Source: Desulfuromonadaceae bacterium (GTDB lineage Bacteria > Desulfobacterota > Desulfuromonadia > Desulfuromonadales > JAAYDE01). From it: 54,777 nucleotides of DNA. Below the pieces are notes generated by a model. The model was not told the origin of the DNA. It was given only the letters and a program-made list of their open reading frames with translations, and made no database searches. Position numbers and translations under genes: made by a program. The DNA lies in the NCBI GenBank assembly GCA_012512925.1, contig JAAZDE010000151.1, forward strand, positions 1 through 54,777, read 5' to 3'. This document shows, one piece after another, positions 33,171 to 46,500 of this stretch (positions are counted from its first letter, which is position 1; each line of letters begins with the position of its first letter).

Positions 33171-34085
33171 TTACCCCTCTTTCCCATATTCATATTCGAT
33201 CCGGTTGCGGCCTTTTCTCTTGGCCTGATAAAGTGCGTTATCGGCCTTTCGGATGAGTTCATCCATGGTGTCCCGGCCGTTCCATTTTGCCGCTCCAAGG
33301 CTCACCGTGATCCGTATCCGGTTTCCTTTCGCCTCGATATCCTCCGCAGCGATGGTTTCGAGGATCCTTTCCATGGCCTGAACTTCGGCGCCATTTTCCC
33401 CCTCCGGGAAAATGAGCAGAAATTCTTCCCCACCATAGCGGCCGAAACGTTCGTGTCTGCGGATTGAGCAGGATATCCGCCTGACGCACTCCTTGAGTAC
33501 CACGTCCCCCACCAGATGACCGAAGTTGTCATTGATCCGTTTGAAGTGATCGATATCAAGTACCGAGACCCAGAGGTGGTTTTTTTTACGCCTGGCTCTC
33601 GACATCTCCATCTCGAGGTGGTCGAGAATGGCCCTGCGGTTGGCGATTCCGGTCAAAGGATCGGCAAGGGCGAGCTTTTTTTGCTGCTCGATGGCCCGAT
33701 AGAGCTTGTCCTGGAGGTCAATCATCCTTTCCCCAACCCTCAGCCTGGCCCGCAGTTCCTCATTGTCGAAAGGTTTGAGGATATAGTCGTTGGCCCCCGA
33801 TTGCAGGCCCTCGACAATATCCTCCATTTTGGCGCGGGCTGTCAGCAGGATGAGGTAAGGGGGGAAAGGGTTCTTTTCGGCGCAAAGCCTGTGGCAGATG
33901 TCGACGCCGTTGAGCCCCGGCATCATCCAGTCGAGGATCGCAAGTTTGGGGGCGTTTTCCCGCCGTAGTATTTCCATGGCTTCGTTGCCGTCGCAGACGA
34001 CCACAACTTCATAGCCCCATTTCATCAATACCGCTTTCAATATCGAACGGGTGGTCAAATCATCTTCGGCAACCAGGATCCTCAT
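33171..34085 (-). CDS. response-regulator diguanylate cyclase (REC-GGDEF)
   Basis: REC (AEDD, LDWMMP, LLTA, KPF) plus DPLTG..NRR, DIDHFKRINDNFGH..GD, RYGGEEF. Confidence 0.95.
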   Translation of the reverse strand: MRILVAEDDLTTRSILKAVLMKWGYEVVVVCDGNEAMEILRRENAPKLAILDWMMPGLNGVDICHRLCAEKNPFPPYLILLTARAKMEDIVEGLQSGANDYILKPFDNEELRARLRVGERMIDLQDKLYRAIEQQKKLALADPLTGIANRRAILDHLEMEMSRARRKKNHLWVSVLDIDHFKRINDNFGHLVGDVVLKECVRRISCSIRRHERFGRYGGEEFLLIFPEGENGAEVQAMERILETIAAEDIEAKGNRIRITVSLGAAKWNGRDTMDELIRKADNALYQAKRKGRNRIEYEYGKEG

Positions 34086-34109
34086 GGTTTGTCCATTGTG
34101 TGCAATCAG

Positions 34110-38207
<4,098 letters not shown>

Positions 38208-38663
38208 CGTTTGCTTTTTCCTCATTATGAATTTTTTGTTTCTTGTTCCCTGTGGCCATCCGGAGAAGGTTCCGTTCGGTGTGGTTAAAATAGCACTCCT
38301 GGCCAAAGGTGGAGGAGATATCCTGGAATCAGGGGTCGACCTGAATTCAATGCAATTTTCTGTCTTTTGGAAAGGAACAGGGACATCAGTCATTCTTTCA
38401 AGAGGTTTTCCCTCGGGATTTTGGGAGGAAAAACCCACCATTGACAACTACGCATTCTTTGGGCGAACAAAAAATAAAATTATAATCTAAAAAAAGAAAA
38501 TCAGGGACGACAATACTTTTGGGCCATTTTTGTGTTAATTTTACATAATTTAAATGAAGCGTAGGGAAATAATCTGTACCAAGGGATGAAGTGGTTGAAA
38601 AAAGGAAAGGTCAGCGCCGTTTTTCGCCCAGCCATGGTATTGTTGATAAAGGAGGTTTGACTC

Positions 38664-38822
38664 ATGGACATGCAAGAACTGCTTATCTTTTTAGGTGTGG
38701 TGGCCCTTTATTTCATTCTCAACCGCTGGGTGTTGCCGCATTTCGGCATCCGCACCTGACTTTCCAAAAGCTGCGATCTTCCGGTGCGGAAGAACAAAGA
38801 GGAAGAGGAGAAGGAAAAATAA
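38664..38822 (+). CDS. candidate small membrane selenoprotein (in-frame UGA at 38757-38759)
   Basis: AAGGAGG SD 8 nt before ATG. MDMQELLIFLGVVALYFILNRWVLPHFGIRT-UGA-LSKSCDLPVRKNKEEEEKEK-TAA. Hairpin follows the UGA; terminator follows the TAA. Confidence 0.65.
38760..38805 (+). promoter_or_regulatory. putative bacterial SECIS element
   Basis: Perfect 7-bp stem TCTTCCG/CGGAAGA (38777-38793) with a G-containing loop (GTG) about 24 nt after the UGA. Possible lower stem TTTCC/GGAAG. Confidence 0.55.
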
Positions 38823-38824
38823 TG

Positions 38825-38857
38825 GGGGCGGCCCTTCGCGGGCTGCCTCTTTTTTTT
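38825..38857 (+). terminator. intrinsic terminator
   Basis: Stem GGGGCGGCCC / GGGCTGCCTC, loop TTCGC, then T8. Confidence 0.88.
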
Positions 38858-38992
38858 GGCTGTCTGCTGCAAACCGCGTTTTTTGCTTCTGGTCAAGGCT
38901 GCAGGTATTGGGACGCAATGATAGGGTGTCCCTGCAAATCGAATTCCGCGCGTCTCGTCTGCCTTGCCCGATTCCTGTTTTTTTGCGGCCAT

Positions 38993-40432
38993 TTAGAGAA
39001 AGGGAGAAAAGAGCTTACAAAAAGAGTCCCGGAGCCTAACGGGGAGGGGGCGCCCATCGACCTCCTCGAGAGTGACCTGGCGGGAGTTTCTGCGGGTCTG
39101 TTCGAAGTGCTCAGACAGAATTTTGACCGTTTCGGGATCGAAGACTTCCACATTGAATTCAAAATTGAGGCGCAGGCTGCGGGGGTCCAGATTGGCCGAG
39201 CCGACCAGGGCGAAGAAGGTGTCGACCAGCAGCAGCTTGTTATGGGCAAAGGGGGGTGGACGGTAGTAGATGCGGGTTCCATATTCGAGGAGCTCCCAGA
39301 GATAGGCCCGGGTCGCCCAGTGGACGTAGGGAAGATTGCTGCGTCCGGGCAGAATGATCTCCACCTTGACGCCGCGCAAGGCGGCGCTGTTGATGGAGGA
39401 GATCAGATCGCGGTCGGGGATGAAGTAGGGGGTCATGATCCGCACCCGCTGGCGGGCGCAATCAAGGGCACCCACCATCAGCCAGCGGAGTTTCTCGAAA
39501 TCCTCGTTGGGACCGGCGCTGATCCCCCGGCAGTAGGCGGTGCAGTCTTCCAGCGGTGGTGAATGAGGGCGGGTGCTGACCTCCTCGCCGGTGGCGAAAT
39601 GCCAGTCCTCAAGGAAGGTGTCCTCAATCTGACCGACCACCGGTCCTTCCGCCTGAAAATGGAGGTCGATCACATCCCCCCGGTCGATCTTACTGGAGAG
39701 CCAGCTGCGGCCGATGTTGATGCCGCCCGTGAAGCCGATTCTTCTGTCCACCGTAAGCAGTTTGCGGTGGTTGCGCAGATGGAGATGGAACATCCCCCAG
39801 GAGGTGAAGGGGGGGAGAAAACGAACGGTGCGCACGCCGGCCCGGTTCAACAGCGAGCGGGCTGAGGGTAAGGCATAACGCTCCCCCAGGGCGTCGACCA
39901 GGACACGGACATCGACCCCGCGCTGGGCGGCGGCCCCCAGCTCATTGATGAAGCGCCGCCCGATCCGGTCGCTGCCAAAGATGTAGGTGGACAGGAAGAT
40001 GCTCTCTTCGGCTTTGGCAATGGCCTGCAGCATGGCCGGGAAAATCTCGTTGCCGTTGATCAGGGGCCGCAGACGGTTGCCGGCGGTCAGCGGCCGCCGG
40101 GTGATGGCGTTGGAGAGATGGAGCAGGGCGGCGAGATTCTCCGCGGGGAAGGGAGGGACCGGATCGGCGGAAATGACGAAATGCCGGGACGCGGGGGTCA
40201 GCCACTGCATGCCGCGGCCGCTGGTTTGCCAACTGCGGGCGCGGGTGCGGATGCGGTTGACCCCAAGCAGCCAGTAAAGGCTGAAGCCGATGCCGGGAAT
40301 GAAAAGGCAGATGAGGATCCACACCAGGGCGGCGCGGGGATCGCGTCGGTAGAGCAGGGCGTGGCCGGCGGAGAAGAAGCCGGCCATCAGCAGTAACAGA
40401 CCAAATAGCCAGTTCAGGTGATGAAGGAGCAT
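38993..40432 (-). CDS. cls: cardiolipin synthase (PLD superfamily)
   Basis: Two N-terminal TMs and two HKD motifs (NHRKLLTVD, AHNKLLLVD..GSANLD.RS..LNFE), TPYFIP. ATG40432 follows GGAGG. Confidence 0.9.
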   Translation of the reverse strand: MLLHHLNWLFGLLLLMAGFFSAGHALLYRRDPRAALVWILICLFIPGIGFSLYWLLGVNRIRTRARSWQTSGRGMQWLTPASRHFVISADPVPPFPAENLAALLHLSNAITRRPLTAGNRLRPLINGNEIFPAMLQAIAKAEESIFLSTYIFGSDRIGRRFINELGAAAQRGVDVRVLVDALGERYALPSARSLLNRAGVRTVRFLPPFTSWGMFHLHLRNHRKLLTVDRRIGFTGGINIGRSWLSSKIDRGDVIDLHFQAEGPVVGQIEDTFLEDWHFATGEEVSTRPHSPPLEDCTAYCRGISAGPNEDFEKLRWLMVGALDCARQRVRIMTPYFIPDRDLISSINSAALRGVKVEIILPGRSNLPYVHWATRAYLWELLEYGTRIYYRPPPFAHNKLLLVDTFFALVGSANLDPRSLRLNFEFNVEVFDPETVKILSEHFEQTRRNSRQVTLEEVDGRPLPVRLRDSFCKLFSPFL

Positions 40433-40463
40433 CTCATTATGGCCTCCCGAAGCCGAAACTCCA

Positions 40464-41405
40464 CTACGGATTTTCCTCCAGGAACCGTTCCGCCTGAATT
40501 GCCGCCATGCATCCGGAGGCGGCGGCGGTGATTGCCTGGCGGAAATGGGGGTCCTGGACATCGCCGGCGGCGAAAACCCCGGGGATATTGGTCCTGGCCC
40601 CGGTGCCGGTCAGCAAATAGCCGCGCTCCTCCATCTCCACCTGCCCCTTAAACAGACCCGTGTTGGGGATATGGCCGATGGCGATGAAAAGACCGTCGCA
40701 GATCATTTCCTCCTCCTTGCCGGTGGCAACGTTCTTGAGGCGGATGCCGGTCAACCCTTTCTGTTTGTCGCCGAGGATGGCGCTTACCACCGAATCCCAG
40801 TGAAAGACGATCTTCTGGTTGGCGAAGGCCCGCTCCTGCAGGGGCGGCGAGGCGCGAAGGGCATCGCGGCGGTGGATGACATGGACCTTGCTGGCGAAAC
40901 GGGTCAGGAAGGTGGCCTCCTCCATGGCCGTGTCCCCTCCTCCGACCACCGCTACTTCCTTATCGCGGTAAAAGAAACCGTCGCAGGTGGCGCAGACCGA
41001 TACCCCCTTGCCGTAGAGTTCCTTTTCGTGAGGGAGGTCGAGCAGGCGGGGGGAGGCGCCGGTGGCGATGATGAGGGTGCGGCAACGATAGCTGTCGTCG
41101 CCGGCATGGATGGTGAAGGGGTAGGAATCAAGTTCTACCTTGGTCACCTCCCCGGCCAGGAAGCGGGCGCCGAAACGGCGCGCCTGTTTTTCCATCTCCT
41201 CCATCAGCACCGGTCCGTCGATCCCCTCGGCGAAACCGGGGTAATTCTCCACCAACGTGGTGGTGGTCAGCTGCCCTCCCGGCTGGCTGCCGTGAATGAC
41301 CAGCGGCTCCAGATTGGCGCGCGCCGCGTAGATGGCGGCGGTGAGCCCTGCCGGTCCCGACCCCAGGATGATGACGTTCAGTATCTCGTTATCTTTTTTC
41401 TGCAT
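40464..41405 (-). CDS. trxB: thioredoxin-disulfide reductase
   Basis: GSGPAGLTAAIY, GGQL..T..VENYPG, CATCDGFF, GGGDTAMEEA, FAAGDV..RQAITAA. ATG41405 follows AAGGAGG. Confidence 0.96.
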   Translation of the reverse strand: MQKKDNEILNVIILGSGPAGLTAAIYAARANLEPLVIHGSQPGGQLTTTTLVENYPGFAEGIDGPVLMEEMEKQARRFGARFLAGEVTKVELDSYPFTIHAGDDSYRCRTLIIATGASPRLLDLPHEKELYGKGVSVCATCDGFFYRDKEVAVVGGGDTAMEEATFLTRFASKVHVIHRRDALRASPPLQERAFANQKIVFHWDSVVSAILGDKQKGLTGIRLKNVATGKEEEMICDGLFIAIGHIPNTGLFKGQVEMEERGYLLTGTGARTNIPGVFAAGDVQDPHFRQAITAAASGCMAAIQAERFLEENP

Positions 41406-42264
41406 CGACAACCTCCTTGAACTGTTCTTCGGCATGGTAGGAAGACCTTACCAGGGGCCCGGCCTCGACATGGGCGAAGCCGATTTTCAGACCTTCCTTT
41501 TTGATTTCATCGAATTCCTCGGGGGGAACATAGCGGTGGACCGGATAGTGATTTCCGGTTGGCCGCAGGTACTGCCCAACCGTCAGCAGCCGGCAGCCGG
41601 CTTCGGCCAGATCGTTCATGGCTTCCGTCAACTCCCGGCGGCTCTCTCCCATCCCCAGCATCAGGCCGCTTTTGACCGGAATCGCCGGGTAGGTGTCGCG
41701 GACGCGGGCCAGCAGTTCGAGGGAGCGCCGATAGTCGGCCGCCGAACGGACCTGTGGGTAGAGTCGCGGCACCGTTTCCAGATTGTGCCCAAGAATATCA
41801 GGGCCGGCGGAAAGAATTCGTTGCAACGCCCGGGGATTTCCGCCCAGGTCGGGGATGAGCAACTCCACCCGGCAGGAGGGCGCGGCGCGGCGGATTTCAC
41901 CGACTACGGCGGCGAAAACGGAGGCGCCTCCGTCGGCGAGATCATCGCGGGTCACCGAGGTGATCACCGCGTGGCGCAACTCCAGTTCGGCGAGAGCGGC
42001 GGCCACCTTGGCCGGTTCTTCAGGCTCGGGGGGAAGGGGCTTGCCATGGGCGACGTTGCAGAAGGCGCAGTCGCGGGTGCAGAATTCGCCGAGGATCATG
42101 AAGGTGGCCGTTCCCCGGCTCCAGCATTCCCCCTGATTGGGGCAGGCGGCGCTGCGGCAGACCGAATGGAGGCCGTGGTCGCGGTGCCATTTTTCTATGC
42201 GGGCCGCCTTGGGGCCGCCTTGCGGGCGGACCTTTAGCCAGGCTGGTTTGCGCTCTTGCTTCAA
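41389..42264 (-). CDS. lipA: lipoyl synthase
   Basis: RKPAWLK, CRSAACPNQGECW (auxiliary cluster), CTRDCAFC (radical SAM), RSSY. Confidence 0.96.
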   Translation of the reverse strand: MKQERKPAWLKVRPQGGPKAARIEKWHRDHGLHSVCRSAACPNQGECWSRGTATFMILGEFCTRDCAFCNVAHGKPLPPEPEEPAKVAAALAELELRHAVITSVTRDDLADGGASVFAAVVGEIRRAAPSCRVELLIPDLGGNPRALQRILSAGPDILGHNLETVPRLYPQVRSAADYRRSLELLARVRDTYPAIPVKSGLMLGMGESRRELTEAMNDLAEAGCRLLTVGQYLRPTGNHYPVHRYVPPEEFDEIKKEGLKIGFAHVEAGPLVRSSYHAEEQFKEVVDAEKR

Positions 42265-42331
42265 AATAAAAGACCTTTCATCTCACCAAAAATCCTCATT
42301 CCCCGAAAGCAAAAATTATAACCCTCACCAG

Positions 42332-42982
42332 TCACCATTCACCCAGATGGATACTTTCGAAAACCTCGGCGAAGCAGTGGATCACCTGCCCCTCCACCTC
42401 CTCAATCGATGGTTCTTCTCCCAGGTGTTCAGCCATGGAGGTCATCTCCACCCCGGTGAGGCCGCATGGGACAATGGCGCCAAAAGGAGAGAGATAACCG
42501 CCGACATTGAGGGCAAAGCCGTGCCAGCTGATCCAGCGCCGTACGCCAACGCCGATGGAAGCGATTTTTCTGCCGGAAACCCAGACGCCGGTGCGGCCGG
42601 CGAGCCTCTCTGCGGAAATCCCGTAACGACGCAACAGCTTTACAAGGAGTTCCTCCAGCAGCCGCAGAAACCGGTGCAGGTCGCGATTGACGAGGTCAAG
42701 GCCGACGATCGGATAGCCGATGAGCTGACCGGGACCGTGGTAGGTCGTTTCTCCGCCGCGCCGGGCACGGATTACTTCGATGCCGCGGCTTTCAAAATAA
42801 TCGTGCGGCGCCAGAGGACGGAACTCCTTCACCTTGCTGCCGAGGGTGATTACCGGCGGATGCTCGAGGAGAATCAGGAAATCGGCTGTTCCCGCTTCCC
42901 TGTGGGCCAAGAGTTGTTGTTGCAAAGCAAGGCCCGCACGGTATGAGATCCGTCCGGGCCTCAAGGTGAAAAAACCGTTCAC
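42332..42982 (-). CDS. lipB: lipoyl(octanoyl) transferase
   Basis: EHPPVITLG, RGGETTYHGPGQL, KIASIG, HGFALNV, PCG. Confidence 0.95.
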   Translation of the reverse strand: MNGFFTLRPGRISYRAGLALQQQLLAHREAGTADFLILLEHPPVITLGSKVKEFRPLAPHDYFESRGIEVIRARRGGETTYHGPGQLIGYPIVGLDLVNRDLHRFLRLLEELLVKLLRRYGISAERLAGRTGVWVSGRKIASIGVGVRRWISWHGFALNVGGYLSPFGAIVPCGLTGVEMTSMAEHLGEEPSIEEVEGQVIHCFAEVFESIHLGEW

Positions 42983-43020
42983 ACCGAAACCTGTCCGATG
43001 CGGTTCGAGGTCATTCGGGG

Positions 43021-43212
43021 TTATTCAGACCAGTTGATACAGGAAACCGGGCAGTTTTTCATAACCTCCTCGATGCGGATTTCCGGAGCTCCGGCGGGGT
43101 TGTATACTTCGGCCAGGTCGAAGTGGTTGAAACGAAAAACCGCCGGAAGTGTATCCACGCAGAATCCGCAACGGATACATCTGTCCTGGTCAACAACCGG
43201 TTGCCGGATCAT
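43021..43212 (-). CDS. monocluster ferredoxin
   Basis: CIRCGFC...P.VF...CPVSCI, 63 aa, GAGG SD. Confidence 0.88.
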   Translation of the reverse strand: MIRQPVVDQDRCIRCGFCVDTLPAVFRFNHFDLAEVYNPAGAPEIRIEEVMKNCPVSCINWSE

Positions 43213-43220
43213 CAGCTACC

Positions 43221-43379
43221 TCATGCCGGTTCGAAATTGCTTTTGTCGGCGCCGCACAGAGGGCAGACCCAGTCATCGGGGATATCTTCGAAAGCGGTTC
43301 CCGGAGCGATGCCGCCGTCCGGGTCGCCAATTTCCGGATCATAAATGTAATTGCATACCACACAACGATATTTGGCCAT
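43221..43379 (-). CDS. rubredoxin (canonical CxxC...CPxC)
   Basis: Not in the ORF track. [52 protein letters not shown]; SD AAGGAG. Confidence 0.96.
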   Translation of the reverse strand: MAKYRCVVCNYIYDPEIGDPDGGIAPGTAFEDIPDDWVCPLCGADKSNFEPA

Positions 43380-43516
43380 GATTTCTCCTTTAAATTGGGA
43401 TTTCCCTGTCAGGGGAAAATGGGATGATAGTGGCCTTAAATATTAATTGATCACAAAATATTTCGCAACCATGGGAAAGGGGAGATTGATTTTTTGTTGC
43501 AACAGAGTGAAACAAT

Positions 43517-46500
43517 TTATTGCACGGCATTTGTTTCCAGGCCATCGAAGACTCTTTCCAGATTGGTGTAGTTCAGCGGTTGGGTTTCTCCTCCCACGAA
43601 TTCGGCGATGCGCCGCATGCGCAACCGGATGGCCTCTTCGCTGCGATGGCGCAGATCCTCCTCGATTCCGGCGAAGCGGTCCTGAACAAAGGCTTCCTCT
43701 GTTTCCGGGGCCTCCTGGAGATCGAATTCCAGCCGCTCCTGCAGAAACTGCTGGAGCTTTTGATGATAATCGGGGCCGAAATAGAAGACCTCCCGCACCA
43801 ATCCGGAGAAGCTCCGCACGCCGCGGATGTCTTTGCTCTCGATACGATAGGCCTTGAGAAGTTCGGGTTCCAGGTCCTCATAGTTCTGCATCGGCATGTA
43901 CATGCGGGGGAGGTACTGAAGCACCTTTTCCGTTTTTCGGCGGTGTCCACCGATGATGACGGAAGCTCCCACCTCTGTTTTGTCCGCTCCCTTGATCCAC
44001 GGGGCGCCGGTGATGCCGAAATTGTTGAGCACCGGCAGGTTGATCAGCACGGAAAGGGTGTTGATGGCCAGGGCGAAGCCTGCCGAGGGGCCGCCCACCG
44101 TGTAGGAGGTGCTGAGTAACTGGTGATGGAGGGAATAGCCCTGAAGATATTGGCCGAGGACCCGTGAGACGTTCAGGTCCGGGCACAGGGACTGGAGGTA
44201 GTTTTCCACCAGGGTCAGCGCCTCCTGGGCGCTCTGCCGGGTCATCTGCACCGCCAGATCGATTTCGGCGGCGGCGGGGGAGGCGCTGGAGACCGCTCCG
44301 GTGACGACGATTTTCTCCGGGAAGATCTGGTAGACCAGGGAGGAGGCGATGGGGAGCAGGACGCCGGAGGTATCGTTGGCTCCCACCCCGACCACGAAAC
44401 CGACCTGGGGCTCTTTGGAGAGTTCCGTTTCCAGGAATTTGTCGAGCTGCTGTTTCCCCTTGCGGGTCGGGCTGTGGGCCAGTTGAATCTTGGCGTTGAC
44501 CAGATGGCGCTGAGTGATGGGATAGATCTTCTCGGCGCGGCGGTGGTCCATGTCGGCGGCGACCTCGTCGAGGCAGGAGAGCATCTCCTCTTCACTGCGG
44601 CGGGCCCTGGCGAAGAGATCGGAGCCGCTTGATACCGCCTCCATGAGGCTGAGGAGCGTCTTGGCGTTGAAGCGGACGAAACGGAGGCGCTCTTCCGGCG
44701 ATCCCTGAAGGGCGGTTTTCAGCTTGGCGAGGATTTCCACCTCGGTTTTGTGCAGACTGCGCACCTTCTCGGCGAAGGCGGTGAAATCGGCCGGGGTGTC
44801 GCACAGGCCCCGCGCCACCCGGACCATGTCCTCGTAGCCAAGTCCTTCGTCGAGGGGCATGCCGTCCAGTTCCTTGCGCAGGATGCGGATCGCGTCCTCT
44901 TCACGCAACTGCCCCGGCACGTTAAGCACCTTGAGCCGCTTGGAACGGATCAGGGCCGGGTCGAGGATGTCGAGGCGGTTGGTGGTCAGCACCGTGAAGA
45001 CGTGGTTGAGGGGGGATTCGCCGTCGATGATGGAAAGGAACTTGTTGGTCACCTTGTCGTAGGGGGAGCCTCCCTGCTGGCTGCGGCGCGGGGCGATGGC
45101 GTCCCCTTCGTCGAAGAAGACCAGACAGGGGGAGATCATTTTGGCGATGTCGTAGATCCGTTCCAGGTTCTCCACCATCGACTCATAGGGGTTGTTGGGG
45201 TCGGAGAGGTCGTTGACATGGACGGCGAGATCCTGAATCTCGGAATTTTCCCCCAGCCAGGCCTTGACCATATAGGTCTTCCCCGAACCGGGGGGGCCGG
45301 TGAGAACCACCCCCTTCTCGTCCTGGACATTGTAGTAGAGGGAGTTGTTGGCCATCTCGGAAAACTCGTCCTTGATCGCGCCGATGTAGTCCTGCCAGTG
45401 GACATCCCGTCCCATTCGTCCCGACACTCGGTTGTACAGGCCGCCGTAGACGTTCTTGGCCACCGACTTGAAGGCATCGCGGACCAGGAATTGGTCGTCC
45501 AGGTAGCCGGCCTTGAAGTCCCCCTTGAGGGTGATCACCGAATCGATCAGGCGGCGCACGTAGGCCGGGGTGATGCGCAGGCTGCGGTTGCGGAAGATGT
45601 TAGCCAGGCGGTTGACCGTTTCCTGGGCCAGGGCCTCGATGAGGGTCTTGTCTTCTTCGGAGGAAAGGTGAATAAAGAGGTTGTTGCGCCGCAGTTCGAG
45701 GCGCACCACCTCTTTGAGGTTGTTGGTGTCCTGCCAGTAGTCGCTGATGTCGATCACCTTGCCCCGTTCCACGAAGCGCCGGTAGAGCGACTGTTCGATC
45801 TGCTCCGGCTGGTCGGTGGTGGCGATCAGCAGGCAGTCTCTTTTGCCTTGAGTGATCTCGTCGAAGATAATGTTGGCGGTGTCGATCAGGGTCCCTTGCT
45901 GGCTTTTGACGGTGCTGGTCTGATCGGGGCGGCCGAAGGCGGAGTGAGCCTCTTCCAGATGACGGATGCAGGTCTGGTTGGGTTCGCCCATCGCCTTGCG
46001 CAGCCGGTTCCCCGGCTCCCCGGCAAAGGCGGTCTGGTAGTCGTTGGGGGTGATCACCGCGTAGTCGACGAAGATGCCGCTTTCTCCCAGGGAGTAGAGG
46101 GCCTCGGCCACCCGCTTGCGGTAGAGATACTTGAGGATGGGGATCCGTGACAGAAATTTGAGCTGTTCGATGCGGCGCATCCTTTCGATTTCCACCGCCA
46201 GTTCCGGGTCGACATCCTCCAGGCTTTTCCAGATCGGCTGGTTTTTGAGCACCTCCTCCTTTTTGGCCTTGAGGTCGATGGTGGGCCGCACCTCATTGGA
46301 GAAGATCGTCTCCTCCAGGGTCTGGGTTACCGTGGCGCTTTTGCCGCTGCCGGAGGGGCCGATGACCAGGATCAAAGGGGAGCGGGGGACGCTGGAATCC
46401 TGGGAATATTCCTTGAGGATGTGGGCACGGTAGATTTTTTCGAAAAAATCGTGCAGGGAAGGGGGAACGAAGATGTCGGCGGTTTCCCGCTCCAGCAGAT

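Noticed and set aside
43448-43468. Rex-like operator upstream of the rubredoxin-lip operon
   Set aside because: Only one half-site (TTGCGAA on the minus strand) fits TTGTGAA-N4-TTCACAA.
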